64,000 nucleotides of DNA. Origin: Planctomycetota bacterium (lineage in GTDB: Bacteria; Planctomycetota; B15-G4). The stretch is taken from positions 4,544,001 through 4,608,000 of the forward strand of contig CBDFJQ010000002.1 of NCBI GenBank assembly GCA_965248575.1. Direction: 5' to 3'. Below the pieces are notes generated by a model. That model was not told where the DNA came from. It saw nothing but the letters and a program-made list of their open reading frames with translations, and did no database searches. Positions 49,333 to 59,604 of this stretch are shown piece after piece (position 1 is the first letter of the stretch; every line of letters begins with the position of its first letter). The position numbers and the translations under genes were made by a program.

Positions 49333-49614
49333 TCAGAACACAGCGAACTGGGCTCCGTTGCTGAGCGTGTAGCCGTCCGGCCCGGCCGAGTCGAGGAACA
49401 CCGACTGCAGGAAGATCGTGAGGCCCTTGATGGCACTGACGTCTGGAGGCAGCGGGATCGAGGCCGAACCAGCGCCGGCTTGGCCGGGGGCAGCACCCAT
49501 CGGCAACGGGAGGGTCCTCATCCACGAGGGGTCGATCAGGAAGGTCCCGCCGACGCCGGGGATGCTGGCCTGCCTCAGGCCGAGGATGAGCAGGCCATGT
49601 GCGCCGCCCACCAC
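49333..49614 (-). pseudogene. Orphan C-terminal domain remnant of a secreted protein
   Basis: GGTFLIDP...GLTIFLQSVFLD...TLSNGAQF matches the C-termini at 17426, 45804 and 58435; in-frame stop just upstream and no signal peptide. Confidence 0.7.
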
Positions 49615-49677
49615 GGCGGCCGATCCCGGTCATGCGAGGGGCGTGTTCGCAGATCATCGGAAGGCGCGGAGGGGCTA

Positions 49678-49818
49678 GGCGGGTTCGGCGTCCTGCAGCA
49701 GACCGTCTTGAGCTTGACCAATCTGGGCGAGGTCGAACAGGCCGACGTCGACGGGGACGGCGATCTCGAAGTCGTCGCGAACGCCTCCGGCGAATCGCTG
49801 AGGCACTTTCTCCTCTGA
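49678..49818 (+). pseudogene. FG-GAP repeat remnant
   Basis: GGFGVLQQ...QADVDGDGDLEVVAN...* with no credible 5' part. Confidence 0.55.
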
Positions 49819-49857
49819 TACCCTGGCACGCCCGCTTGCCACCGGTGCCCTTCTATC

Positions 49858-50859
49858 GTGCGTCCTCTCTCCATCATCAGCGGCATCGTGCTCGGGTTGC
49901 TTGGCATGGAGCTGGGTGTGCGTGTCGGCCTCTATGAGCATGAGGCCAACCGCAACTACTGGGGGCGCCACGCTTTCATTCCCGATGCCGAGGCGGTCTA
50001 TCGACAGGCACCGTCCACGACGTCACTGCATGGTCGTTGGGGGGCGCTCCCCCCGGCGTCGTTGACGACGAATGCGTTGGGCTATCGCGACCACCGGTTG
50101 CTCAACGAGGCAGCCGACGTCCCGCGCGTGATGGTGCTGGGGATGTCGAAGGCGTTTGGTGTCGGTCTTGCACAGGACGAAGACCTCTTTCACCGGCAAC
50201 TTGAGCAATTCCTGCGAACCCGAGCGGACGTGCCGGACGATGTGCAGGTGTTCAATGTGAGTCAGACGGGGTATCGCACCCGCGAGCTTCGCTCTCTGTT
50301 GGCGCGCGAGATCGGTGTGCTTGATCCCCAGCTCGTGGTGGCGTTCGTGCCCTATGGCAAGTGGGAGAGCTTCTATGGACAGGGGAAGGAAGTCGACATC
50401 GTGAATGGTTACCGATTGCCACGCGGGCGTCCTTCAGCGGGTGGTGTCCTCGATGATCTTCGCACCCTTTCGTGGGCCTGGATGCGCATGACGACGAGTT
50501 CGTTGCTCAGCATTCGCGAGTATGTCGACGGGCAGTTGCTGACGCGTCTCACCGCCGAGCAGGCGGATCCGGTAGACGCTACGTCGGTGCGTTCCGGTGG
50601 AGGGCAGAAAGTCCTGAACAACATTCGTTCCATGAAACGACTGTCTGAGAATCAGGGTGCAGCATTCGTGTGTGTGGTTCAGATTCCCGAGGATTGGGAT
50701 GGCTGGATCACGCGCGCGCTGCGGGGCGAGGTCAAGGTCGTGGAGATCGCGGTGGATAGCGAGTGGATGTTCTCAGCAGACGGCCATTGGAACGCAACGG
50801 GACACCGGGAGATCGCCCGGATCTTGGCTGCTCAGCTTCCTGTGCAATCTCTGAACTGA
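49858..50859 (+). CDS. SGNH/GDSL-like protein (O-acetylation partner)
   Basis: N-terminal TM, TNALGYRD, VLGMSxAFG, VFNVSQTGY, DGHWNATGH. Confidence 0.8.
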   Translation: MRPLSIISGIVLGLLGMELGVRVGLYEHEANRNYWGRHAFIPDAEAVYRQAPSTTSLHGRWGALPPASLTTNALGYRDHRLLNEAADVPRVMVLGMSKAFGVGLAQDEDLFHRQLEQFLRTRADVPDDVQVFNVSQTGYRTRELRSLLAREIGVLDPQLVVAFVPYGKWESFYGQGKEVDIVNGYRLPRGRPSAGGVLDDLRTLSWAWMRMTTSSLLSIREYVDGQLLTRLTAEQADPVDATSVRSGGGQKVLNNIRSMKRLSENQGAAFVCVVQIPEDWDGWITRALRGEVKVVEIAVDSEWMFSADGHWNATGHREIARILAAQLPVQSLN

Positions 50860-50892
50860 CGACCCCCTCGCTCTCCCGCCCCTGCTTCCTTC

Positions 50893-52284
50893 ATGAGCTT
50901 CGCATCCGGCAATTTCCTGCTCTTCTACCTGGTGCTCCAGGTCGTCTACTGGGTGTTGCCTATCGCGCGCGTGCGCAAGTCGCTCCTGCTCGTCGCGAGT
51001 TACTACTTCTACATGTCATGGGATGTGGAGTTCGCCGGGCTCATCGCCGTCTCTACGCTCGTTGATTATTCCGTCGGCCTCGTTCTCGGAAGCACCGCGG
51101 CGTCCAAGAAGCGGAAGGCCGCCCTGTGCGTGAGCCTGGCCGTCAACCTGGGCTTGCTGGCCTACTTCAAGTACGCGGGTTTCTTCGTGGAATCCATGCG
51201 AGAGCTGTTGAGTTCGCTCGGTGTTGCCGTCCAGCCGATGGAGCTGGAGATCGTGCTTCCGGTCGGCATCAGCTTCTACACCTTCCAGACGCTGAGCTAC
51301 ACCATCGATGTCTACCGGGGGAAGCTGAAGCCCACCCGTGATCTCCCGGATTTCGCGCTGTTCGTAGCGTTCTTTCCCCAGCTCGTCGCGGGCCCCATCG
51401 TCCGCGCCTCAGAGTTCCTTCCGCAGTTGTCCGTGGCTCAGCGCCTGCAATGGTCTCGGCAGTTCGCGGCCTGGCAGAGGATCCTGATCGGACTGGCCAA
51501 GAAGATCGTCTTGGCCGACAGCTTCGCGCTCGTGGCGAATCAGGTGTTCTCGGAGCCCGAAGCCTACGGGTTCGTTGGCACGTGGTGCGGCGTGTTGGCG
51601 TTCGCATTGCAGATCTACTGCGACTTCTCCGCCTACTCCGACATCGCCATCGGGGCGGCGGCGAGCTTCGGTTATCAGTTGCCCGAGAACTTCCGATATC
51701 CCTATCTGGCGGGGAGCATCCGGGAGTTCTGGAGACGTTGGCACATTTCACTGTCCACGTGGTTGCGCGACTACCTCTACATTTCGCTCGGAGGAAACAG
51801 GCGCGGCGGCTTGCAAGCGACGCGCAACCTGATGATCACGATGTTCCTGGGTGGGCTTTGGCACGGAGCCGCATGGACATTCGTGGTCTGGGGGATCTTC
51901 CACGGCAGCTTGCTGGCGATCCATCGCGTGTGGTCTGCACGATTCGGCGAGATGACGCGCTGGCTCGGCGTGCCCATGACGTTCGGCGTGGTGTGCATGG
52001 GGTGGGTTCTGTTCCGCGCTGAGACCTTCGGAGATGCCGGCGTCGTCTTCGAAGGCATGCTGGGTGTGCGCGAGGTCGCCCACTCTCCCTCTCTGCGTCA
52101 GCCGGTGCTTCGATTGGGCTGCGTCATGCTGTTGGTGCATCTCGTGGTGGCCTGGAAAGAGCGCTACGCGCCCACGGCCTCGTGGCCGCTTACCTGGCGC
52201 GTGGCTCAGGCAACCCTTTGTGCAGGTCTGATCGTCGCCTACTACGAAGGCCAGGCGGAGGCGTTCATCTACTTCCAGTTCTGA
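50893..52284 (+). CDS. MBOAT O-acyltransferase (AlgI/PatA-like)
   Basis: LPVGISFYTFQ, FFPQLVAGPI, QIYCDFSAYSD, FWRRWHISLS, GLWHGAAW, terminal FIYFQF. Confidence 0.95.
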   Translation: MSFASGNFLLFYLVLQVVYWVLPIARVRKSLLLVASYYFYMSWDVEFAGLIAVSTLVDYSVGLVLGSTAASKKRKAALCVSLAVNLGLLAYFKYAGFFVESMRELLSSLGVAVQPMELEIVLPVGISFYTFQTLSYTIDVYRGKLKPTRDLPDFALFVAFFPQLVAGPIVRASEFLPQLSVAQRLQWSRQFAAWQRILIGLAKKIVLADSFALVANQVFSEPEAYGFVGTWCGVLAFALQIYCDFSAYSDIAIGAAASFGYQLPENFRYPYLAGSIREFWRRWHISLSTWLRDYLYISLGGNRRGGLQATRNLMITMFLGGLWHGAAWTFVVWGIFHGSLLAIHRVWSARFGEMTRWLGVPMTFGVVCMGWVLFRAETFGDAGVVFEGMLGVREVAHSPSLRQPVLRLGCVMLLVHLVVAWKERYAPTASWPLTWRVAQATLCAGLIVAYYEGQAEAFIYFQF

Positions 52285-52542
52285 TGAGTCTTGCGTGGCG
52301 CAGGGATGTCAGCGTTGACGATTTCCGTCGGTCTGCGCGGCGCGAAGTCCACGGATTGTGTCCGGGGCACTCGGGTCGATCGCGGATGCGGCTCCGCATT
52401 GGGGGCGAGGAGGCCTGAAGGCCTCTGGGGGAGAGTGCTCAATCGATGGTGCGCAGCCCGTGAGTGCTGCGGCGTCCCTTGGAGGTTGGGCCGTGTGGGG
52501 TACGCCAAGGTGACGCAGGACGGACTCTTCGGGCCCCACAGG

Positions 52543-53868
52543 TCAGGCTCGTCGTTTGGCCCCCTTGAGCCCGAGGATCTTGCATGCCTCCTCGTCGAGA
52601 AGCGCGCGGACCGCCTCCGAGTCCTCGTACTCGAGGATCAGATCGCAGAGGGAGCGAACGGTCTCCGGTTGTGTTCGACGTGCGAAGAGGACAAGGGGTT
52701 CGACTTCGCCGAGACACTTCGCACCTGCGAGCAACAGCTCCAGTTCAGCTACGGGGAGCAGCGGGTATTCGGTGTCCTGGTTGAGATGGCGGATACGTTT
52801 GAGGTCGGTCGCGGCCTCTTCGAACAACTGTCTCGGGTCTCCCACCTCGTCGGACTCTTCTGCGATTGCATGCAGAATGCGCGAGGCCGCCGCTGAGAGA
52901 GCGTAGGACGCCAACCGCTGAGGGCTCGGAACGCGCTGCTCCTCGGGAAGGGCATGGTTTCGGCGCATGAACGCGGACGTGGCCTCGGTCTTCTGCAACG
53001 CTTCGGCTTCTCCAGCGATGCGGCGTTCCTCCGCCGTATAGACCTCCAGGCTCAGGACTCCCTTCAGTGGGAGAAGCATTGTGTGTTGGGCCATGACCCC
53101 CAGCGGACTCGCAGGGCCCACCAAACTCATGACCATTCGGCCAGCCGATGCCGTCATCTCGAAGTCAGCGTTGACGGATTCGTCGTAGCGCTGCAAGCAC
53201 AAGAGGAACTCACGGAGCACGCCTGCCACGTCACTGTTTTGGAGCGCGTCCCCTTGGTCAGAGAGCTCTCGGATCCAGTTGAATGACTGGCGCTCAATGT
53301 CATTGAGGTCGGATTGGGAGAGGTTGTCGCTCCATGGCGAAACGATCAGGCGACTCGCAGCGAGTCGTTGGAGGTTGGCGATCAAGACGGCGAGGTCTTC
53401 CTGCTTCACCTGCATGTCGTTGGAACCGCCTGCAAGCGCTTCCGCAACGGATTCGACTTGATTGACGACCTTTGAAACTAAGCTGGTCATGTCCATGTCT
53501 GAGTCGCCCTCGTCATCGGGTAGTGCCTTCTGGAGTACTACAATCGCTCTCTTGAGCTGCCCGGTGGAGAATCTCAGGCCAAGTTTGTTCTGAATGGCCT
53601 CGCTGAGGCCGTTCCAGCTCAGTTCACTGCGCTTGTCGCCCATCACCCCGTCCATGTCGATGCGATCGAACTTCTCAAGTGCGTTGAGAAGGGCATGTGC
53701 GCACTCCTTCTTTTTCGGCACCCGGGTCCGTGTCCGCCTGACCACGACTCTCAGGTGATCGCCGCTCCTGTCGGGTGTGCCGGGTTCGGAGTTCGGGGCC
53801 CACTGAGCTGGAAGATCGAGTTGGTCAAGGATTGTTGGGTCGCGGTAGCTCTCCTGGTTGGCGCCCAT
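52543..53868 (-). CDS. Hypothetical cytoplasmic helical protein
   Basis: 441-aa ORF, GAGGGGAGG RBS, visibly more AT-rich codons than neighbours; no family recognised. Confidence 0.7.
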   Translation of the reverse strand: MGANQESYRDPTILDQLDLPAQWAPNSEPGTPDRSGDHLRVVVRRTRTRVPKKKECAHALLNALEKFDRIDMDGVMGDKRSELSWNGLSEAIQNKLGLRFSTGQLKRAIVVLQKALPDDEGDSDMDMTSLVSKVVNQVESVAEALAGGSNDMQVKQEDLAVLIANLQRLAASRLIVSPWSDNLSQSDLNDIERQSFNWIRELSDQGDALQNSDVAGVLREFLLCLQRYDESVNADFEMTASAGRMVMSLVGPASPLGVMAQHTMLLPLKGVLSLEVYTAEERRIAGEAEALQKTEATSAFMRRNHALPEEQRVPSPQRLASYALSAAASRILHAIAEESDEVGDPRQLFEEAATDLKRIRHLNQDTEYPLLPVAELELLLAGAKCLGEVEPLVLFARRTQPETVRSLCDLILEYEDSEAVRALLDEEACKILGLKGAKRRA

Positions 53869-54921
53869 CGCTGCCTCCCCTCAAGAACCAAGTGTCTGGA
53901 TAGCGGACGTGACAGGGAGTAACGGGTTGAGCCGCTGAAACAGGGGATTCAAAGCCCACGCAGCCGCGCCTGCTGAGACCGAAACGAGCATGAGCGAGGT
54001 CAGAAGTGAGGTGATGAAAGAACGCATGACGAGGTCCAGGGAGGATGGTGATGGCGCGACAGGGTCCGCCTACACCTTAGGTAGGAAGTGACGGGTGAAC
54101 GGACACGCCGCACAAAGCCTGGCTTCGGAGGGTGATCGTTGGTGCCCCTCCATCGTGAATTAGGTCCGGAGCGGCGAATTACTGGAACGTCAGTTTTCGA
54201 TACCGCGGGCCGTGTTGATTCGGTGCGTCGCGCAGGTGCTCCAATTGGCTGTTCATGTCCACCTGGGCCGGCGCCGCCTGGACAGTTCTTCGCTGGATCT
54301 TGCCAACCGCCGGCGTGCCCCCGGGTGGACACCCTTTCGGAGACGTGCTGAAGCCCCCTTTGATTGGGTAGTCCGCCGACCTGAAGTTCGAGAGAAGCCG
54401 AGCAGCCTCATCAGCTTTGAGCTCAACGGCTTGGTCCGCTTGATCGTTCGACCCAACCTGCGAAGTCGGACTCCGCGCTGCCTTGAAATCTGTGATCGAC
54501 GACCTGGGGCTGTTGCTCGGACAGGTTCAACAGACCGAGAGAGCGGAGGCTGCGCAACGAGTGCACTGAGGGGGTGGTGGCAAGCTGGGCAGACAACCAG
54601 GTGAGGGACCGTCCGGACGGACCTTTGGTGTTTGCGCCGACTGGCGGCGTACCGAAGTTTGGCATTCACGACGAGGCTCCATAGGTATCAAGAACAGTTC
54701 AGGTAGCGGGAGCCGCGGCTCTTGTCGGCACCCTTCACTGTCTATGGAGGATGTGATGGGCTAGACCGGGCGCAAGTGAGTGAGCGCTGTCCGGCGGGTC
54801 GGAAGACGGTGCCCAGGGTCATTGGACTCGTCGGGAGTCGGCGGCCTCAGGAAACAGGTCGCTCGAAGGGTGCTGCCGGGTCCATCACCCAGCTGCGTCC
54901 CGCCGCCTCCCCGCCCCAGGC

Positions 54922-56712
54922 TCACGGCACCTTGAACACCGCCACGCGGTCGTCCTCGTAGAGCGGGTCCCCGCACCACTTTTTGAGCGCGAGGCGTCGC
55001 AGCGAGTTGAGCTGGGCGTCCGCCTCCTCTCGCGGGAAGGGCCCTGGGTCGAGGCGGCCCAAGACAAGCTCGTCGTGGAGCAGTGAGAAGGGCGCCCAGT
55101 AGACCGGCAGCGGCAGCGTCGGCTCCTCTTCGATTTCGTCGCGGGGCGGGTACTTGTCGAGGATCACGGCGTCGATTTTCCGTGCTTCGACAAGCGATCG
55201 CAGTGGGCGGACGTCGCCGCCGAGGAACCTGCTCGAGACGGCATCCCACTCGTTGTGGCTCGTGAGGTTGCCCCGGCTCAGCGCGAGGTTGGTGACGTAC
55301 CCGCCCGGCTGCCGCTTGGCATGGATGGTCTGGGCGTGGTTGTGCCAAGCATTCGCTCCCCTGGGTTGGAACGGTACCTCGATCACCGTCGTGATCGACA
55401 CGTCGTCGGCGAGCTGCTCCAGCGCGGCCGATCGCACCACCGGCCACCCAGGCAGCGGTGCGGCGTTGCGCTCCATGCAGAACAGGGCGGCCGTCAGGCC
55501 GAGTGCGATGTGTCGGCTCCGTACCGACGGCAGGCGCTGCATGAGGTCCCGCCACGCTGCGGCCAGCAGGATGCCCAGGCACAGGTGCATCAGGAGGACC
55601 ATCCGCTGCGCGGCCCGGAGCATCCCCAAGACCGGGAGCTCCCCGATCCACTTGTCGGGCAGCGTGATGCCCGTGGGCTCGCCGCGGATGCTGAGTTCGC
55701 TGCCAAGACCCAGGACGAACGCGACGAGACACAGCGTGCTCCAGACGAGGAAGCCGCGCTGTCGGACGACTCCGCGGATCCCTGCGATGAGGACGGCGAG
55801 CGTCGTCCACCCGAACATGGTCGGCCAAGAGACGAGAGGCATGGTGTCACTCACGCCGCTGAGCCACCGGAAGCCCAGCAGATCGTTCCAGTGGCGGACG
55901 TTGGCCCTGGTGCCATGGATGGGCTCCGGGCCCCAGACAACCGCTGACGCGAGTGGCCAGATGACGAGCAGGACGGCGGCCGCGGCGAGCCCACCCGCGA
56001 CCAGCAGCCGCGTGGCGCCCTGCTTCCAGGGCATGTCGCCTGCCCAAGACCGCCCTCCCAGGAGCAGTGCAAACCCGAGCAGCGCGCCATAGACGAGGTA
56101 GTACGACGAGCCCGCCGCGAGCAAGGCCGCGCAGGCCGCGACGCCGAGCGCGTTGCGCACACCTCCCTCGCGCCAGCTCTTCATCATCGCGAGCACGAAG
56201 AGCGGTAGGAACTCAAGCGCCGACAGGTTGAGTTGGGGAATGAAGTACAGGTGGATCGCGGAGAACGTCCACGTGAGACCCGCGAGGAACGCGCCGCCCG
56301 GGTGTCGGGTTACGTACCGGGCGAGCAGGTAGAAGGTGAAACCCGACAACGCGTAGTGCGTGACGGTGAGCCATCGGAAGACGTCTTCGACGGGCGCGAC
56401 CAACGAGAGCAGTCCGCCGGGGATGGAGTTTACGATCGAGAGCGTGTGGAGCCCCAGATCCACACCCGTGCGGTAGTGGAGGAAGTCCGTCGCGTACAGC
56501 GGCAGGCCCTGGACGAAGACCGCCTCGCGGACCCACCAGAAGTTCCACAGGTTCACGAGTGCGTCGGGACGCGTGCTCGGCATGGTCCCCGACGACACGG
56601 CCAGCGGCCACGTGAGGGCCACCGCGGCGACGGCGTACAGAGCCAGGACCCACCGCCCGGAAAGTCCGGCAGGGGCCGTGACGTCGGCTTCAATCGGTGG
56701 CGATTCGGGCAT
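54922..56712 (-). CDS. Polytopic membrane protein, GT-C/YfhO-like
   Basis: ALTWP..., DALVNLWNFWW, GAFLAGL, LPVLGMLRAAQR, QTIHAK...GGY. Confidence 0.75.
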   Translation of the reverse strand: MPESPPIEADVTAPAGLSGRWVLALYAVAAVALTWPLAVSSGTMPSTRPDALVNLWNFWWVREAVFVQGLPLYATDFLHYRTGVDLGLHTLSIVNSIPGGLLSLVAPVEDVFRWLTVTHYALSGFTFYLLARYVTRHPGGAFLAGLTWTFSAIHLYFIPQLNLSALEFLPLFVLAMMKSWREGGVRNALGVAACAALLAAGSSYYLVYGALLGFALLLGGRSWAGDMPWKQGATRLLVAGGLAAAAVLLVIWPLASAVVWGPEPIHGTRANVRHWNDLLGFRWLSGVSDTMPLVSWPTMFGWTTLAVLIAGIRGVVRQRGFLVWSTLCLVAFVLGLGSELSIRGEPTGITLPDKWIGELPVLGMLRAAQRMVLLMHLCLGILLAAAWRDLMQRLPSVRSRHIALGLTAALFCMERNAAPLPGWPVVRSAALEQLADDVSITTVIEVPFQPRGANAWHNHAQTIHAKRQPGGYVTNLALSRGNLTSHNEWDAVSSRFLGGDVRPLRSLVEARKIDAVILDKYPPRDEIEEEPTLPLPVYWAPFSLLHDELVLGRLDPGPFPREEADAQLNSLRRLALKKWCGDPLYEDDRVAVFKVP

Positions 56713-56818
56713 GGCGCGACATCGTACGCGGCCGAACGGGCAGAACCAGGGCCCGTCGGGTGGGTGACGACACAGGCCTCCAGGCGAGCTGCTACTCTCA
56801 TGGGGAGAGGAGAACCTC

Positions 56819-58435
56819 ATGATGACCCGATGCGCGTCGTCTCGAGACTTGCGGCCCCTCGTCTGGGCGCTGCTGTTGTGCAGTGCGCCTGCCGCCTTCG
56901 CCCAGTCGGAGGTCGAGTTCATCGGCACCAACGGGGTCGCGAGCGACCAGTTTGGCGCTTCGCTGGACCTCCAGGGCGACACCCTGGTGATCGGATCTCG
57001 AAGACTAGGTCCCAACCCGTCGCAGGGATACGCGATCGTCTACCGCCAGGTCGGCGGGACGTGGCAGCAGGAGCAGAAGCTCACCCAGAGCGGTGGCGCC
57101 GACGGCGATGCCTTCGGCATTGACCTTGCCCTCGACGGCGGCGTGATCGCCGTCGGAGCGTTCGGTGCCGACGTGGGTGGATCGGCCGACGCCGGAGTCG
57201 TGGTCGTCTTTCGTCACGACGGCCAGGACTGGATCGAGGAACAGGTGCTGTCGTCCAGCCCGCCTGAGGCGGGGGCAGCCTTCGGCAGCTCCGTCGCCCT
57301 CGACGGGGATGTGCTCGTGGTCGGTGCGAGTCTGGATGATGCGGGAGGCCTGGCCGACTCGGGTTCGGCCACCGTGTTCCGCTGGAACGGCGCGAGCTGG
57401 GTTGAGGAAGTCGTCCTGCTTCACCAGACAGCGGAGAGTTCCGATTGGTTCGGGGAAGGGGTGGCGATCGATGACGGCGTCATCGCCGTGAACAGCTGGA
57501 GCGACGATGTGGGCGGCGTGACCAGCGCCGGTTCCGTCCATCTGTTCCGTTGGGACGGAGCCGCCTGGGCATTCGAGCAGTTGCTCACGGCGAACCCTCC
57601 GCTCGCATCCAACCGCTTCGGGGATGCCCTGGACCTGCACGGCGACGTCCTCGTCGTGGGAACTCACCAACAGGACGTCGGGGTGAACCCCAACCAGGGC
57701 ACGATCCGGATCTTCCGCTGGAACTGTGTCACGTGGGCCAGCGAGGGCGAGTTCTCGCGGGCTCTCGGCGCAGCGGGCGACGAGTTCGGTTACGCCGTTG
57801 CGGCAGATGAAGACACGGTAGTCGCTGGCTCGCGGCTTGACGACGTGGGCGGGAAGCTCAATGCCGGTTCGTTGAGCGTCTTCCGCTGCAGCGGACAGGA
57901 TTGGGTGGAGCGGCAGCTGCTCTCACCCGCTGGCACCGACCCCCAGAGCCAGGTCGGCTTCAGCGTAGCCGTCGATGGCGATTTGATGCTGGGCGGCGCA
58001 CCGGTCCACGACGTCGGGGGCACCGTCAACCAGGGCGCCGCATGGCTGCTCGACTTGACGCCCGGCCCATGGACGGAACTGACCGGCGCAACGGCCGGCG
58101 TCGAAGGCTCTCCGGAGCTGGCGGCCCAGGGCACGCTGGTGGGAGCCTCCCCGGTGACGTTCACGATCCATAAGGCGCCGCCTAGCGCCTTGATGCTCGC
58201 GTGGGTTTCGTTCGCGCCCGTACCGTTCGCTGCGCTGGGCGGCACCGTGCAGGCGCATCCGTTCTCGAGTCAGGTGTTTCTGAGCGCGGGTCCGTTCGGT
58301 GGCTTCGAGGCAACGTTGGCATGGCCGACTGGCGTTCCGGCGGGCACGCAGTTGTGGCTCCAGATGCTCGTCGCCGATGCATCGACGCCGCACGGGGTCA
58401 CGCTGTCGAACGGCCTACTGGCCGTTACCCCCTGA
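56819..58435 (+). CDS. Secreted integrin-alpha-type FG-GAP propeller with conserved C-terminal domain
   Basis: Signal peptide; seven DxFGxSVALDGDxxxVGA repeats; C-terminal PW...GGTV...WLQMLVAD...LSNGLL. Confidence 0.9.
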   Translation: MMTRCASSRDLRPLVWALLLCSAPAAFAQSEVEFIGTNGVASDQFGASLDLQGDTLVIGSRRLGPNPSQGYAIVYRQVGGTWQQEQKLTQSGGADGDAFGIDLALDGGVIAVGAFGADVGGSADAGVVVVFRHDGQDWIEEQVLSSSPPEAGAAFGSSVALDGDVLVVGASLDDAGGLADSGSATVFRWNGASWVEEVVLLHQTAESSDWFGEGVAIDDGVIAVNSWSDDVGGVTSAGSVHLFRWDGAAWAFEQLLTANPPLASNRFGDALDLHGDVLVVGTHQQDVGVNPNQGTIRIFRWNCVTWASEGEFSRALGAAGDEFGYAVAADEDTVVAGSRLDDVGGKLNAGSLSVFRCSGQDWVERQLLSPAGTDPQSQVGFSVAVDGDLMLGGAPVHDVGGTVNQGAAWLLDLTPGPWTELTGATAGVEGSPELAAQGTLVGASPVTFTIHKAPPSALMLAWVSFAPVPFAALGGTVQAHPFSSQVFLSAGPFGGFEATLAWPTGVPAGTQLWLQMLVADASTPHGVTLSNGLLAVTP

Positions 58436-58452
58436 AACGACGCGCTGCCCGT

Positions 58453-59604
58453 CTAGCGCTCGTGCGGCCAGTCATGCGTTCGCTTCTGGAAGCTGAGGAT
58501 ACGCGGGTTCTGCACCTCGCCGTTGCGGATCTCGATGGCGCGCTGGATCGTCTCGTTGGTAGCCCAGGTCTCAGGGCCCTCGGCGACGTCCTCGAGGAAG
58601 GCCATGACCACCTCGGACAGCTCGTAGCTCGCGGAGCGCCACAGGTAGCTTGGCGTGTGGTCCACGGCGTAGTAGGTCACGGGGCCCACCTGGAAGGTCG
58701 GCTCCTGGAAGGATGTCGGTTTGGCGAAGCTGAAGCCCATGCCCAGGTCGCAGCTTACGTCGACGATCATCGAGCCCTCCTTCAGCCGGTCGGCGTCCTC
58801 CTCGGAGAGGAACATCAGGGGTTTGTCGGTGTTCTGCAGGATTCCGTTGACGATCAGGTCGCTCCGCGCGAGCACGTCGACCAGGCGCCGTGTCTGGCCG
58901 TCCCCGTCCAGGACCTCGATCGGGGAGCCGTCCTCGGGCACGAGCATCTGTCCGTAGCGGCAGCCGGGCACACGGTCGTGCACGGACCAGGCCGGTCGCT
59001 GCGTGTAGACGGTGATGTCGGCCACGCCCTGGCCCTTCAGTGCGTGCACCGCGCCGCGGCTCACGGACCCAAAGCTCAGCACGACCGCGCGTAGCGGCTG
59101 CCCGTACTTCCCGCCGTCCCGACCGGCGAGTGCCATCGCGTGCAGCACGCCGCAGTACCCGGCCATCTCGTTGTTGCGATAGAAAAGGTGCATCTCGTGC
59201 GATCCGTCACGGCGCCAGGTGTACATGGCTTCCCACGCGATGAGGGTCAGGCGGCGGTCGATGGCCACCTGGGTCACGTCCGCCTGTTGCACGCAATGCG
59301 GCCAACCCCAGACCACGCCACCTTCGCGTACGAGCGCTAGGTCTGCTTCCTGCATCTTGGGCAGCAGGACGACGCCGTCGCCGCTCAGCAGCTCGTCGCG
59401 CGCTGCCACACCGCCGAAGAGCTCCCGCAGCCGCTCGTCGGGGATGCCGAAGGGCGCACCGTAGCCCTGCTCGAAGGTCATGCGCTTCCGGAGGTCCTCC
59501 GGGATGCGCTCGAAGTGCGACGGATGGATCGGCACGCGCCGCTCGTTCTCCAGCAGCGAGGTCCCGACGACGGATAGCCCTAGCCCTGTCTTCGGCCCAG
59601 TCAT
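58453..59604 (-). CDS. ceo: N(5)-(carboxyethyl)ornithine synthase-like enzyme (AlaDH/PNT family)
   Basis: ENERRVPIHP, FEQGYG, GWPHCVQ, TLIAWEAM, FYRNNEMAGYCGVLHA, DVSCDLGMGF, YYAVDHTPS. Confidence 0.85.
   Translation of the reverse strand: MTGPKTGLGLSVVGTSLLENERRVPIHPSHFERIPEDLRKRMTFEQGYGAPFGIPDERLRELFGGVAARDELLSGDGVVLLPKMQEADLALVREGGVVWGWPHCVQQADVTQVAIDRRLTLIAWEAMYTWRRDGSHEMHLFYRNNEMAGYCGVLHAMALAGRDGGKYGQPLRAVVLSFGSVSRGAVHALKGQGVADITVYTQRPAWSVHDRVPGCRYGQMLVPEDGSPIEVLDGDGQTRRLVDVLARSDLIVNGILQNTDKPLMFLSEEDADRLKEGSMIVDVSCDLGMGFSFAKPTSFQEPTFQVGPVTYYAVDHTPSYLWRSASYELSEVVMAFLEDVAEGPETWATNETIQRAIEIRNGEVQNPRILSFQKRTHDWPHER

Noticed and set aside
54000..54669. Several 70-140 aa ORFs in the AT-richer flank
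   Set aside because: Mutually overlapping with no motifs; none can be preferred
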